NCBI GenBank assembly: GCA_019662115.1
Contig: JAIFVW010000005.1
Span: forward strand, 1 to 49,752
Reading direction: 5' to 3'
Source of the DNA: Candidatus Pacearchaeota archaeon
Lineage (GTDB): Archaea > Nanobdellota > Nanobdellia > Pacearchaeales > GW2011-AR1
DNA: 49,752 bases
The translations under genes and the position numbers were made by a program. The stretch's first letter is position 1. Each line of letters begins with the position of its first letter. This document shows positions 25,894 through 34,438 of the stretch, piece by piece. The notes beneath the pieces are model-generated. The model was not told where the DNA came from. It made no database searches and saw only the letters and a list, made by a program, of their open reading frames with translations.

Positions 25894-26694
25894 ATGAAAC
25901 CAAAAATATACCTTGTAAACAATATAGTTATCCCCCCAACACCGGATAATCCAAAAATCCTCTTGGCAAATTTAGATGGAACTCCAAATGGCAGATATGC
26001 ATTAAAAAGAGATGTTCATTCTCATAATTACCATCCTCTCCACATGGCAATTTCAGCAATACCAATGCGCTTAATGGATAGGCATGTTTTGATTACTCAA
26101 AGGTCGGGAGAAAAAGACACATTCAAGTATAAGATGGGAGATACTGCAACCCATTACCACGAAAGCGAAGTAAATAATGGGGGGCCAGACACACCGCAGG
26201 AGGCAATAGCTCGCGCATTGCTAGATGAAATAGGTATACGCCAATCCCTGGTTTTCCTAATGGATAATTTTCTATACAAAGAATTCGATTTCGGGGTGAT
26301 AGAAACCACTAATCCAGATGATTTGAATAATCCTGAAAAAGTTGCCGCTGAGAATGAATCATGCTTTTCAGCAGTTGCTCTTTGTAATGGGGAATATCGT
26401 CCAAATCCAAAGCATGTAGGAGAAAAGCACTATTGGGCACCAATCGAAAAAGTATTAGATGCCATAGATAAAGATGAAAAGGACAATCCTTTTTACAAAG
26501 CAGATAGAGAATATGTTCCTTGGCTTAAGCCTTCACTTAATAAAATAATTCAGCATGAGGATCAGCTAAACTGTTTCATAGACAAATATGGTACTCTGCT
26601 TCCAGCAATAGAAAAATCAACTAAGGTACCAAGAGGAGTAATTTCTTTCTCTGGCTTAGAAGATACTCTACGCCAATATCGCAAATCCAAGTAG
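25894..26694 (+). CDS. Nudix-fold hydrolase-like protein (degenerate Nudix box)
   Basis: 266 aa. HMAISAIPMRLMDRHVLITQRSGEKDTF resembles the Nudix/IDI N-terminal strand pattern. RALLDEIGI aligns to REUxEExGU with two acidic-position substitutions. Confidence 0.35.
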   Translation: MKPKIYLVNNIVIPPTPDNPKILLANLDGTPNGRYALKRDVHSHNYHPLHMAISAIPMRLMDRHVLITQRSGEKDTFKYKMGDTATHYHESEVNNGGPDTPQEAIARALLDEIGIRQSLVFLMDNFLYKEFDFGVIETTNPDDLNNPEKVAAENESCFSAVALCNGEYRPNPKHVGEKHYWAPIEKVLDAIDKDEKDNPFYKADREYVPWLKPSLNKIIQHEDQLNCFIDKYGTLLPAIEKSTKVPRGVISFSGLEDTLRQYRKSK

Positions 26695-26698
26695 AAAG

Positions 26699-26708
26699 CT
26701 TTTTATAC
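26699..26708 (+). promoter_or_regulatory. TATA box (CTTTTTATAC) for the 5S rRNA
   Basis: Centred about 25 nt upstream of the predicted 5S 5' end. Confidence 0.5.
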
Positions 26709-26728
26709 CTCTATTTCTCAGCATTTCT

Positions 26729-26842
26729 GAAGACGGCCATAGTAATCAGGAAACGCCCGATCTCGTTCCGAACTCGGAAGCTAAGCTGGTTACGTCGGCT
26801 GCGGTAGTCTCCTACAAGAGGCAAAGCACCGATGCTGTCCTC
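26729..26842 (+). rRNA. 5S ribosomal RNA (stand-alone gene)
   Basis: It contains the conserved GGCCATAG...CCCGATCTCGTTCCGAACTCGGAAGCTAAGC core. The 5' GAAGACGGC pairs with the 3' GCTGTCCTC to form helix I. The ends are approximate (+/- 5 nt). Confidence 0.8.
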
Positions 26843-26887
26843 GTAATTTTTCTATATATTTTTATATTGCAATATCTTTTATTGCCT

Positions 26888-27142
26888 ATGAAATTCCCTT
26901 CAAAGACAGAGGCAAAAACAGAAATATACTCTTTCTTCCAGAAGCAATCTTTTAATTCCGATGAATTGAAAAAAATTAAACGTCTAGCTATGAAGTACAA
27001 TATTAAGCTTGGACCATACAAAAAATCTTTCTGCAAGAAGTGCATGACGCAATTGAGAGGGCAAATAAGAATAGATAAACATTACAAGATGGTTGTTTGT
27101 GCTAATTGTGGATATCAGAATAAAGTTATAATCAATCGATGA
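26888..27142 (+). CDS. rnp4: RNase P protein component 4 (Rpp21/RNP4 family)
   Basis: KSFCKKCMTQLRGQIRIDKHYKMVVCANCGYQNKV is the Rpp21 zinc ribbon, preceded by the helical LKKIKRLAMKYNIKL. I prefer the ATG at 26888 over the track start 26867 because a TATA-like TTTTTATATT lies at about 26860-26869. Confidence 0.6.
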   Translation: MKFPSKTEAKTEIYSFFQKQSFNSDELKKIKRLAMKYNIKLGPYKKSFCKKCMTQLRGQIRIDKHYKMVVCANCGYQNKVIINR

Positions 27143-27398
27143 AATCTTCTCTCGTTAATTTCTCATCACAGATATGCCTTAAAAATGACCTAATATGGTT
27201 TGGATGCAACCCACTTTTTCCCTGATAAAGCTTCTTATTGACTTCATTAGTAATATCATTCAAGTGTCGTTCAGAGTTATAGTAAGTTATTTTCCTTGAA
27301 GAAGCAACATCAAATATATACAATGCATCTTCAGTAGGTATATTGCTATGACAATATATAAAATGTTGAGGAGGTAAGTCGGTTTTAACTAAAGTCAT
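27132..27398 (-). CDS. Hypothetical protein
   Basis: 88-aa ORF with no recognisable motif. It overlaps the convergent rnp4 stop by 11 nt. Confidence 0.3.
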   Translation of the reverse strand: MTLVKTDLPPQHFIYCHSNIPTEDALYIFDVASSRKITYYNSERHLNDITNEVNKKLYQGKSGLHPNHIRSFLRHICDEKLTREDFID

Positions 27399-27449
27399 GC
27401 AAAATAATGAAAGTTATTATTTATAAATTTTAATGTGATGGAGTTAGAA

Positions 27450-27647
27450 TTAAGCTTTCTTGAACTTGGTGACTGCTGAAAGCATGTCAGTGTTTCCAAG
27501 CAAGGCTGCTCTGCAGCAATATCTCTCTAATCCAAGATCATCAAGGACTTTTCCTGAGTCCTCGCCTGCATCTATTCTTTTCTTGAATTGCTCCCACAGG
27601 TGACCAATTGGCTTTCCACATGAGAAGCATCTTACCGGAATTATCAT
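27450..27647 (-). CDS. rpoN: DNA-directed RNA polymerase subunit N (Rpo10)
   Basis: 65 aa. MIIPVRCFSCGKPIG...LGLERYCCRAALL is the canonical RpoN/Rpb10 zinc-bundle sequence. A GGTTTAAAAATG TATA box lies about 25 nt upstream on the minus strand. Confidence 0.9.
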   Translation of the reverse strand: MIIPVRCFSCGKPIGHLWEQFKKRIDAGEDSGKVLDDLGLERYCCRAALLGNTDMLSAVTKFKKA

Positions 27648-27722
27648 AATACTATACTCCTTGAGTCATTTTTAAACCTTACGATATAGAAAGGTTCTTA
27701 ATCCCTCTACTTATACAATTTT

Positions 27723-28427
27723 ATGGAAAAGAACATTATTGAGCTTAAGAATGTGGCAAAATACTACGAGATGGGTGAGTCTACCGTGAAGGCAGTTGAT
27801 GGCGTGGATATAAAGGTGGAGAAAGGAGATTTTGTAGCAATAATGGGGCCATCAGGATCTGGAAAATCAACCTCAATGAATCTAGTAGGTAGCCTTGATC
27901 TCCCTACAAAAGGAACTATATACCTAGATGGAAGGGATATTTCGCATTTAGAAGAATCGGAACTTGCCCAGATTAGAGGAAAGAAAATAGGATTTATCTT
28001 CCAGAGCTTTAATTTGATACCTAATCTCACAGCAAAGGAGAATGTCATGCTTCCAATGCTTTTCCAGGGCAAGAGTAAAGAAGAAAGGGAGTTGAAAGCC
28101 GAGGAACTCATGCGTATGGTTGAGCTTGGAGACAGAATGGATCACTATCCAAATCAATTGTCTGGAGGGCAGCAGCAGAGAGTTGCCATTGCCAGAGCAC
28201 TAGCAAACGACCCTGAAGTTATACTTGCTGATGAGCCCACAGGAAATCTTGACACAAAAACTGGAGAAAATGTGATGAAATTCCTCCAGGATCTAAATAA
28301 GAAAGGAACAACAATTATCATGGTCACTCATGATCCTCAGAGAGCGGAAGCCCATGCCAGAACTATTTACTGGATGAAAGACGGAAAAATAGACCGAATT
28401 ACAAGAAAGAAAAAGGCAAAGATGTAA
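27723..28427 (+). CDS. ABC transporter ATP-binding protein (MacB/LolD-type)
   Basis: 234 aa. GPSGSGKST is Walker [16 protein letters not shown] is the signature and [11 protein letters not shown] is Walker B. Confidence 0.9.
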   Translation: MEKNIIELKNVAKYYEMGESTVKAVDGVDIKVEKGDFVAIMGPSGSGKSTSMNLVGSLDLPTKGTIYLDGRDISHLEESELAQIRGKKIGFIFQSFNLIPNLTAKENVMLPMLFQGKSKEERELKAEELMRMVELGDRMDHYPNQLSGGQQQRVAIARALANDPEVILADEPTGNLDTKTGENVMKFLQDLNKKGTTIIMVTHDPQRAEAHARTIYWMKDGKIDRITRKKKAKM

Positions 28428-28472
28428 TAACTGGAGAGTTACATTTATAAACCACTTATTCTAGGGAGTTTC

Positions 28473-29327
28473 ATGAAGAAAATACTCATTATTGCAGGAA
28501 TCTTTCTAGCATTGTTACTAGTTCAGCATGTGTCAGCTCTAACAGTAAATTCAGTTACTGCAGATTCAATTGCTCCAGGAAAGGAAGGAACTATTTCAGT
28601 TGAGGTAAAGAATAACGCAGACAATGATGTAAATGACGTCTCTTTCAGCCTTCAGCTTTCTAATCTTCCGTTTACAGCAGTAGGAAGTTCAGAGCAGGGA
28701 ATAGACCGTATAAATAACGATGATGAAGAGGATTTCTCATTCATTCTAAAGGCCTCAAGCGATGGTAAGGCTGGGGACTATAATATCCCATATATTCTTA
28801 CATACAAAGATAGCAATGATGTCTCAAAAGAAGAAAAGGGCACTGTGGGTGTCTCAATCATAGCCCAGCCCGAACTAAGTTTTTCTGTTTCCCAAGAAAG
28901 CCCAGTGCTCGGAACAAAAGACAAGATAACATTTAAGGTTGTTAACAAGGGGCTTGCAGACGCAAAATTCGTCAATGTTAAAGTATTCCCAACAGGATAT
29001 ACTCTTCTTTCCGAAGATCAGGTATATCTTGGAACAATAAGCTCAGATGACTTTCAATCTGCCTCATTTGATGTTCTATATACTCAGGATCAGCCTGCAT
29101 TTTCAGCTCTTGTAGAGTATAGTGATTTCAACAATAAGAAGATTATGACTACAGTCGCTCTTCCTTTGACTGCATATACAACCGAAAAAGCAATACAGCT
29201 TGGAATAATAAAGAAAAGCAACACTTTGCTTTACATAACTATCCTTGTAGTTTTGATAATAATCTGGCTTGTTGTAAGATCAATACGAAAGAGGCAAAGA
29301 CTGAAAAGAAGCATGCAGTCGAGCTAA
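28473..29327 (+). CDS. Secreted, C-terminally membrane-anchored surface protein (CARDB/S-layer-domain-like)
   Basis: 284 aa. It has an N-terminal signal (MKKILIIAGIFLALLLV) and two beta-rich repeats of the form ...V.NNADNDVNDVSFSL... and ...FKVVNKGLADAKFVNVKV.... A C-terminal TM helix and a basic tail follow. Confidence 0.5.
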   Translation: MKKILIIAGIFLALLLVQHVSALTVNSVTADSIAPGKEGTISVEVKNNADNDVNDVSFSLQLSNLPFTAVGSSEQGIDRINNDDEEDFSFILKASSDGKAGDYNIPYILTYKDSNDVSKEEKGTVGVSIIAQPELSFSVSQESPVLGTKDKITFKVVNKGLADAKFVNVKVFPTGYTLLSEDQVYLGTISSDDFQSASFDVLYTQDQPAFSALVEYSDFNNKKIMTTVALPLTAYTTEKAIQLGIIKKSNTLLYITILVVLIIIWLVVRSIRKRQRLKRSMQSS

Positions 29328-29328
29328 A

Positions 29329-30546
29329 ATGATTCTCGACTATTTTTCTCTTGCCTTTCAGAATTTAAGGCATCGGGGAGTTCGTTCATGGCTTACAGTT
29401 TTAGGAATTTTTATAGGTATAGCAGCAGTTGTTTCTCTTATTGCAATGGGCCAGGGATTGCAACAGGCTATAACGGGACAATTCAATACTTTATCCGCAG
29501 ATAAACTCATAATTCAAAGCGCAGAAGCTGGATTCGGGCCGCCAGGAAGTACAGCTGCTAAAAGATTAAATGAGCACGACTTAAGAATTATAGAATCAGT
29601 TCCAGAAGTCGATACTGTAGTCACTAGACTTATTCGTGTGGCGAAGGTTGAATATAATAAAGCCTCATCATTTGAATACCTTGCAAGTATCCCTCAAGAT
29701 AGCCAGAAGGCCCTGTTCCTCTATGATACATTAAATCTAAAAATTTCTAGCGGAAAACTGATAACACCTACAGATAAAGGCAAAATAGTAATAGGAAAAA
29801 ATATTGCGGAATCAAAATCTTTTGGAAAAGAGATACGAGTAGGAACTCATCTTAATATCCAGGGTAAGGACTTTGAAGTTGCAGGAATATTGAAGCCTGC
29901 ACAAAGTTTCCAGATAAATTCAGTAATTCTTATGCTTGAAGACGACATGAAAGATACCTTGAAGATTGGAGATGAGATAGACCTGGTAGTAGTGCAGGTA
30001 AAAGACAAAAACAAAATAAAAGATGTTGCGGATGAGATAACCAATAGACTAAGGAGAGATAGAAAGGAAAAAGAGGGAGAGGAGGATTTTTCAGTTCAGA
30101 CTCCAGTTCAGGCCCTATCTACTGTGAATACCGTTCTTAACATTGTCAATCTTATCGTAGGAGGCATAGCTGCTATCTCTCTTCTTGTCGGAGGAATAGG
30201 AATAGCAAACACAATGTATACCTCTGTGTTAGAGAGAACAAAGGAAATAGGAACTATGAAGGCTGTAGGTGCGCAAAATAAAGACATCCTCTCCATCTTC
30301 CTTATCGAGTCAGGAATGCTTGGATTGATTGGAGGAATTATAGGGGCAGCTTTAGGTGTAGGGCTCGCATATCTTGCATCATTCGCGGCTAACACTTCAT
30401 TTGGCACAGAGCTTTTCCAAGTCTCTATCCGCCCTATTCTTATTGGATCTGCAGTACTATTTTCATTCACTGTGGGAATACTTTCAGGTATTCTTCCGGC
30501 TGTCCAGGCATCTAGGCTTAAGCCAGTGGAGGCATTGAGAAAATGA
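29329..30546 (+). CDS. ABC transporter permease (MacB/FtsX family)
   Basis: 405 aa. It has TM1, a ~240-aa extracytoplasmic domain and a C-terminal FtsX-type 3-TM bundle (LLVGGIGIANTMYTSVLERTKEIGTMKAVGA). Confidence 0.85.
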   Translation: MILDYFSLAFQNLRHRGVRSWLTVLGIFIGIAAVVSLIAMGQGLQQAITGQFNTLSADKLIIQSAEAGFGPPGSTAAKRLNEHDLRIIESVPEVDTVVTRLIRVAKVEYNKASSFEYLASIPQDSQKALFLYDTLNLKISSGKLITPTDKGKIVIGKNIAESKSFGKEIRVGTHLNIQGKDFEVAGILKPAQSFQINSVILMLEDDMKDTLKIGDEIDLVVVQVKDKNKIKDVADEITNRLRRDRKEKEGEEDFSVQTPVQALSTVNTVLNIVNLIVGGIAAISLLVGGIGIANTMYTSVLERTKEIGTMKAVGAQNKDILSIFLIESGMLGLIGGIIGAALGVGLAYLASFAANTSFGTELFQVSIRPILIGSAVLFSFTVGILSGILPAVQASRLKPVEALRK

Positions 30547-31754
30547 TAGGAGATTATTTTTCCATGGCTGTCAAGAATGTTAGGAAAAGAAGATTGCGTT
30601 CATGGCTTACTATGTTGGGAATATTCATTTCCATAGCAACAATCTTTACTCTTCTGAGCGCCTCTCTCGGCCTTCAAGGGGCCGTAAAGGAGCAGTTCAG
30701 AATTCTTGGGACCGACAAATTTTTTATTCAACCTAAAGGTCAGGCAGCAGGTCCAGGATCTGGAGGTGCTGTATCCCTAACAACAAAGGATGTTGACACA
30801 ATTGAAAAGGTTCCAGGAGTAAAGACTCTTTCATACAGCGTATATGGCAGCGCAGAGGTGATATTCCAAAACCAGAAAAGATACTTTATGGTAACAGGAT
30901 ATCCTCTTGACAAAGCTGACGTTTTCACAGAACTTGGAGCCTACAAAGCTGATGAAGGCAGGCTTTTGAAGCAAGGTGACAAAGGATCCGTAATGATTGG
31001 AAGTCAGTACAAATACAATGCATTATTCAAAAAACCAGTATCAGCAGGAGATACTCTTACAATACAAGGAAAAGAATTCAAGGTCAAAGGAATATTGCAG
31101 CCTATTGGCAATCCAGGGGACGATAGAAATATATTGATGCCTATAGATGATTTCAATCAGATATTCAACATCACTGACAGAGTTGATGCAATTTTCGTTC
31201 AGGTTGAACAAGGGCAGGATCTCAAGGAAGTCGTAGCAAGAGTTGAGAGGAGATTAAGAAGTGAGAGAGGAGTAACGGAAAAAACACAAGACTTTGAGAT
31301 CAGCACTCCTGAAGAATTGCTGGCAAGTTTTGGAACAGTATTAAATATAATTACAGGATTCCTCTTGGGAATTTCGGCTATCTCTCTTCTTGTAGGAGGA
31401 ATAGGAATAGCAAACACAATGTACACTTCAGTCATTGAAAGGACGAGAGAGATAGGAACCATGAAAGCAATAGGAGCAAAGAATCAAGATATATTATTTA
31501 TATTTTTGATTGAGTCAGGAATGCTTGGATTGATTGGAGGGATTATTGGAGTAGTTCTAGGAATAGGAATCAGCAAATCTCTCGAATACATTGCAGTCCA
31601 TCAATTAGGAACTACTCTATTAAAATCAGCAACTCCAGCATATCTTATAATAGGATGTCTTCTATTTGCTTTCCTTTCAGGAGCTCTCTCAGGACTCTGG
31701 CCTGCATGGCGTGCGACAAAGATAAAACCTGTTGATGCGTTGAGATACGAATAA
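30543..31754 (+). CDS. ABC transporter permease (MacB/FtsX family), tandem paralog
   Basis: 403 aa with the same architecture and an ATGA overlap with the previous gene. It shares long DNA identities with the paralog. One is about 49/51 nt at 30172-30222 vs 31378-31428, and a perfect 29-mer lies within 30304-30335 vs 31508-31540. Confidence 0.85.
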   Translation: MIGDYFSMAVKNVRKRRLRSWLTMLGIFISIATIFTLLSASLGLQGAVKEQFRILGTDKFFIQPKGQAAGPGSGGAVSLTTKDVDTIEKVPGVKTLSYSVYGSAEVIFQNQKRYFMVTGYPLDKADVFTELGAYKADEGRLLKQGDKGSVMIGSQYKYNALFKKPVSAGDTLTIQGKEFKVKGILQPIGNPGDDRNILMPIDDFNQIFNITDRVDAIFVQVEQGQDLKEVVARVERRLRSERGVTEKTQDFEISTPEELLASFGTVLNIITGFLLGISAISLLVGGIGIANTMYTSVIERTREIGTMKAIGAKNQDILFIFLIESGMLGLIGGIIGVVLGIGISKSLEYIAVHQLGTTLLKSATPAYLIIGCLLFAFLSGALSGLWPAWRATKIKPVDALRYE

Positions 31755-32104
31755 TGGAGGCAATACTTGATAATTATTTACAGCTAAGATTATCATTAAC
31801 AGAAAAAGAAGTGCAGTTGTTAGAGAAAGGAATAAAAATTATAGATCAAGTTTGGAGGCCTTCCAACCCAATTCCTTACAATCTTATTTTTGTGGGTCCA
31901 ACTAAAGAAGATCATGCAAGACAAGAAGAGTTATTTCATCCTGAGATAATGGATTTAGATTTTCAAAATACATTTCCGGATATTTACGAGATATATCTAA
32001 GCAAAAGAAGAATAGAAATGATAAAAGGAAGAAAGGTTGTAGATGGAGATCATCCAAGACGCTGGCTAAGGATGTCTATAGTAAGCCTCGTCGGAGTTTA
32101 TTAA
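31754..32104 (+). CDS. Hypothetical protein, translationally coupled to the ABC permease
   Basis: 116-aa ORF whose ATG overlaps the permease TAA (TAATG). No recognisable motif. Confidence 0.35.
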   Translation: MEAILDNYLQLRLSLTEKEVQLLEKGIKIIDQVWRPSNPIPYNLIFVGPTKEDHARQEELFHPEIMDLDFQNTFPDIYEIYLSKRRIEMIKGRKVVDGDHPRRWLRMSIVSLVGVY

Positions 32105-32130
32105 TAAATTTGCAATAAAAAAATAAATTA

Positions 32131-32164
32131 TAAGAAGATTTATATATAAGATCGACTATAATTA
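32131..32164 (+). promoter_or_regulatory. glmS promoter (BRE + TTTATATA box at 32139-32146 + conserved downstream block)
   Basis: TAAGAAGATTTATATATAAGATCGACTATAATTA ends 4 nt before the glmS ATG (32169). The TATA-to-ATG spacing of about 26 nt implies a leaderless mRNA. It is 31/34 identical to 25788-25821. Confidence 0.6.
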
Positions 32165-32168
32165 TTAT

Positions 32169-33922
32169 ATGTGCGGTATAATTGGTTATATCGGACATAA
32201 AGACATTCTTTCAGTACTAATTTCCGGTTTATCAAAACTAGAATATAGAGGTTATGATAGTTCAGGTCTTTGTGTCCAAAATTCTGGAAATCTTACAATC
32301 ATAAAAAAATGTGGAAAGATTGCTGAGCTTGCTACAGCTCTAACAAATTCTTCTATAAAGAGCCTAGCGAAAAAAACGCACATCCTCATTCTGACTGTAC
32401 AAAATCGATTGCCCTAGTCCACAATGGAATAATTGAGAATTATCATTCCTTGCGAGAGTTGCTGGAGAAAGAAGGCCACAAGATAGAAACTCAGGTTGAT
32501 TCAGAGATCCTTGCCCATTTGATAGAAAAATTCTATGAGGGAGACCTTGAAGAGGCAGTAATGAAAGCTCTAAGTTACACAGAAGGAACTTTCGGAATTG
32601 CAGTAATGCATAAAGACGAAGAAAGAATTGTTGCAGCAAGAAGAGGATCTCCTTTAGTTATCGGAATAGGCGATGGAGAGCTTTTTGTTGCTTCGGATGT
32701 CTCTGCAATTTTAAATCACACGAAGAAAGTGATATATCTTAATGATAATGAGATTGCCACCATCAATAATACTCATTGCGTTATAAAGAATCTTGGAGGA
32801 GAAATACTTACAAAAAAGGTTGATGAGATTCAATGGACAATAGATACCATCGAAAAAGGTGGATTCAAGCATTTCATGCTTAAGGAAATATTTGAGCAAC
32901 CAAAAGCAATAGCGAACACGCTTCGTGGAAGAATTTCAGACTCTGGAGTAAAGCTTAGTCTTAACTTCAATGTCAAAGATGTAAAGCGTATTGTAATAAC
33001 TTCATGCGGAACAAGCTGGCACTCGGCACTTATTGGAAAGCACTTCATTGAAAAGCTCACAAGGATCCCAGTAGAAGTGGATTATGCTTCTGAATTTAGA
33101 TATAGGCATCCAATTATTTCTAAAGGTGACCTTGTTGTTGCAATTTCTCAATCAGGAGAGACTGCAGATACCCTTGCAGCAATTAGAGAAGCCAAACTTC
33201 AGGGAGCAACCACACTCGGAATAGTAAATGTTGTTGGATCTACCATTGCTAGAGAGGTTGATTGCGGGATTTACCTTCATGCAGGACCAGAAATGGGTGT
33301 AGCAAGCACAAAAGCATTCACATGCCAGCTTGTGGCGTTACTTCTTCTTGCACTTCATATAAAACAGGGCAGGGGAGAAATTCTAGATAAAGATCTTCTT
33401 GCAGACATTCAAAATCTCCCTCAGCTTGTCGAAAAAACCCTTAATGATGGAAAAACCATCTTTGACGTTGCTGAAGAATTTAAGGATAGTAAAGACTTTC
33501 TTTACCTTGGAAGGGGGATTAATTTCCCCGTTGCATTAGAAGGCGCATTAAAGTTGAAGGAAATATCATATATTCATGCTGAAGGTTATCCGGCAGCAGA
33601 AATGAAACATGGCCCTATTGCTCTTGTCGACTCATCTCTTCCAGTGGTCTTTATAGCCCCCCATGATGCCATGTATGAAAAAATAATAAGTAATATGCAG
33701 GAAATTAAAGCAAGAAAGGGAAAGATAATTGCAATATCTGACAAAGGAGACGAAATAAAGAATCTTGCAGATGTAGTTTTTCAAGTACCTTCTGTTAGGG
33801 AAGAATTGTCTCCAATAATAAATATCCTTCCTTTGCAACTTCTATCTTATTATGTGGCAGATGCAAAAGGCCTTGACGTGGACAAGCCAAGGAATCTTGC
33901 AAAGTCAGTGACTGTAGAGTAA
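32169..33922 (+). pseudogene. glmS: Glutamine--fructose-6-phosphate aminotransferase, disrupted by an internal out-of-frame deletion
   Basis: Frame 3 reads MCGIIGYIG...[11 protein letters not shown]...[17 protein letters not shown], then runs to a stop at 32415-32417. Frame 2 resumes at about 32360 with [10 protein letters not shown]...[12 protein letters not shown]... and continues through two SIS domains to 33922. The conserved G-I-G-H-T-R-W-A-T-H-G block expected between the two parts is absent in every frame. Confidence 0.75.
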
Positions 33923-33959
33923 TAAGTAAAAGTTAAAAATAACTTCTATTTCTAGTAAT

Positions 33960-34121
33960 ATGACAAAGTGGGGAAATGTGCTGATTATTTCTGCATTAAT
34001 TATTGCTTTCTTGTTCTTGCTTGTAAATTACAAGCATGGGAACATTACTTCCGTATATTATACAGTTTCAATAATCTGCATAGTGGCAGTAATCTATATT
34101 CTTGCAAGATTTTCTAAATAA
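33960..34121 (+). CDS. Small membrane protein (2 TM), hypothetical
   Basis: 53-codon ORF below the track threshold, reading MTKWGNVLIISALIIAFLFLLVNYKHGNITSVYYTVSIICIVAVIYILARFSK. It sits in the otherwise empty glmS-groES spacer. Confidence 0.3.
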   Translation: MTKWGNVLIISALIIAFLFLLVNYKHGNITSVYYTVSIICIVAVIYILARFSK

Positions 34122-34135
34122 TGCAGTATAAAAAT

Positions 34136-34146
34136 CTTTAAATATA
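34136..34146 (+). promoter_or_regulatory. TATA box (CTTTAAATATA) for groES-groEL
   Basis: Lies about 40 nt upstream of the groES ATG, implying a short (~15 nt) leader. Confidence 0.45.
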
Positions 34147-34180
34147 CCATGTTTGCATCATTATTATTGCATCTTAGAAA

Positions 34181-34438
34181 ATGAGAATTATACCTCTCGG
34201 AGAAAGAATATTAATTAAGCCATTAAGGCGCGAGGAAAAGACGAAGTCAGGAATCTATTTACCAAAGGGAGATAGTGAAAAGAAGGAAGGAGAGGTTATT
34301 GAGGTTGGCAATCTAAAGGAGTCCCATGTTAAGAAAGGAGACAGAGTCATCTATGGAGGATACCCAGAAGAACTTGAGATCGAAGGGGAGAAATATCTTC
34401 TTCTTGAACTAAAAGATGTAATGGCAAAAATAGAATGA
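34181..34438 (+). CDS. groES: Co-chaperonin GroES (Cpn10)
   Basis: 85 aa. [26 protein letters not shown]...GDRVIYGGY...E is a classic Cpn10 pattern. It has an ATGA overlap with groEL. Confidence 0.9.
   Translation: MRIIPLGERILIKPLRREEKTKSGIYLPKGDSEKKEGEVIEVGNLKESHVKKGDRVIYGGYPEELEIEGEKYLLLELKDVMAKIE

Noticed and set aside
26812-27045. 77-aa minus-strand ORF
   Set aside because: It overlaps the 3' end of the 5S rRNA and lies antisense to the Rpp21 gene, which has a clear zinc-ribbon signature.
30108-31462. Two similar antisense ORFs (30108-30470 and 31199-31462) that resemble each other
   Set aside because: Their similarity only reflects the paralogous permease genes on the opposite strand. 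Both are shadow ORFs.
32364-32639. 91-aa minus-strand ORF spanning the glmS break point; I considered whether a real antisense gene or an insertion explains the disruption
   Set aside because: The DNA on both sides of the break encodes recognisable GlmS sequence on the plus strand with nothing foreign in between. The antisense translation has no features.
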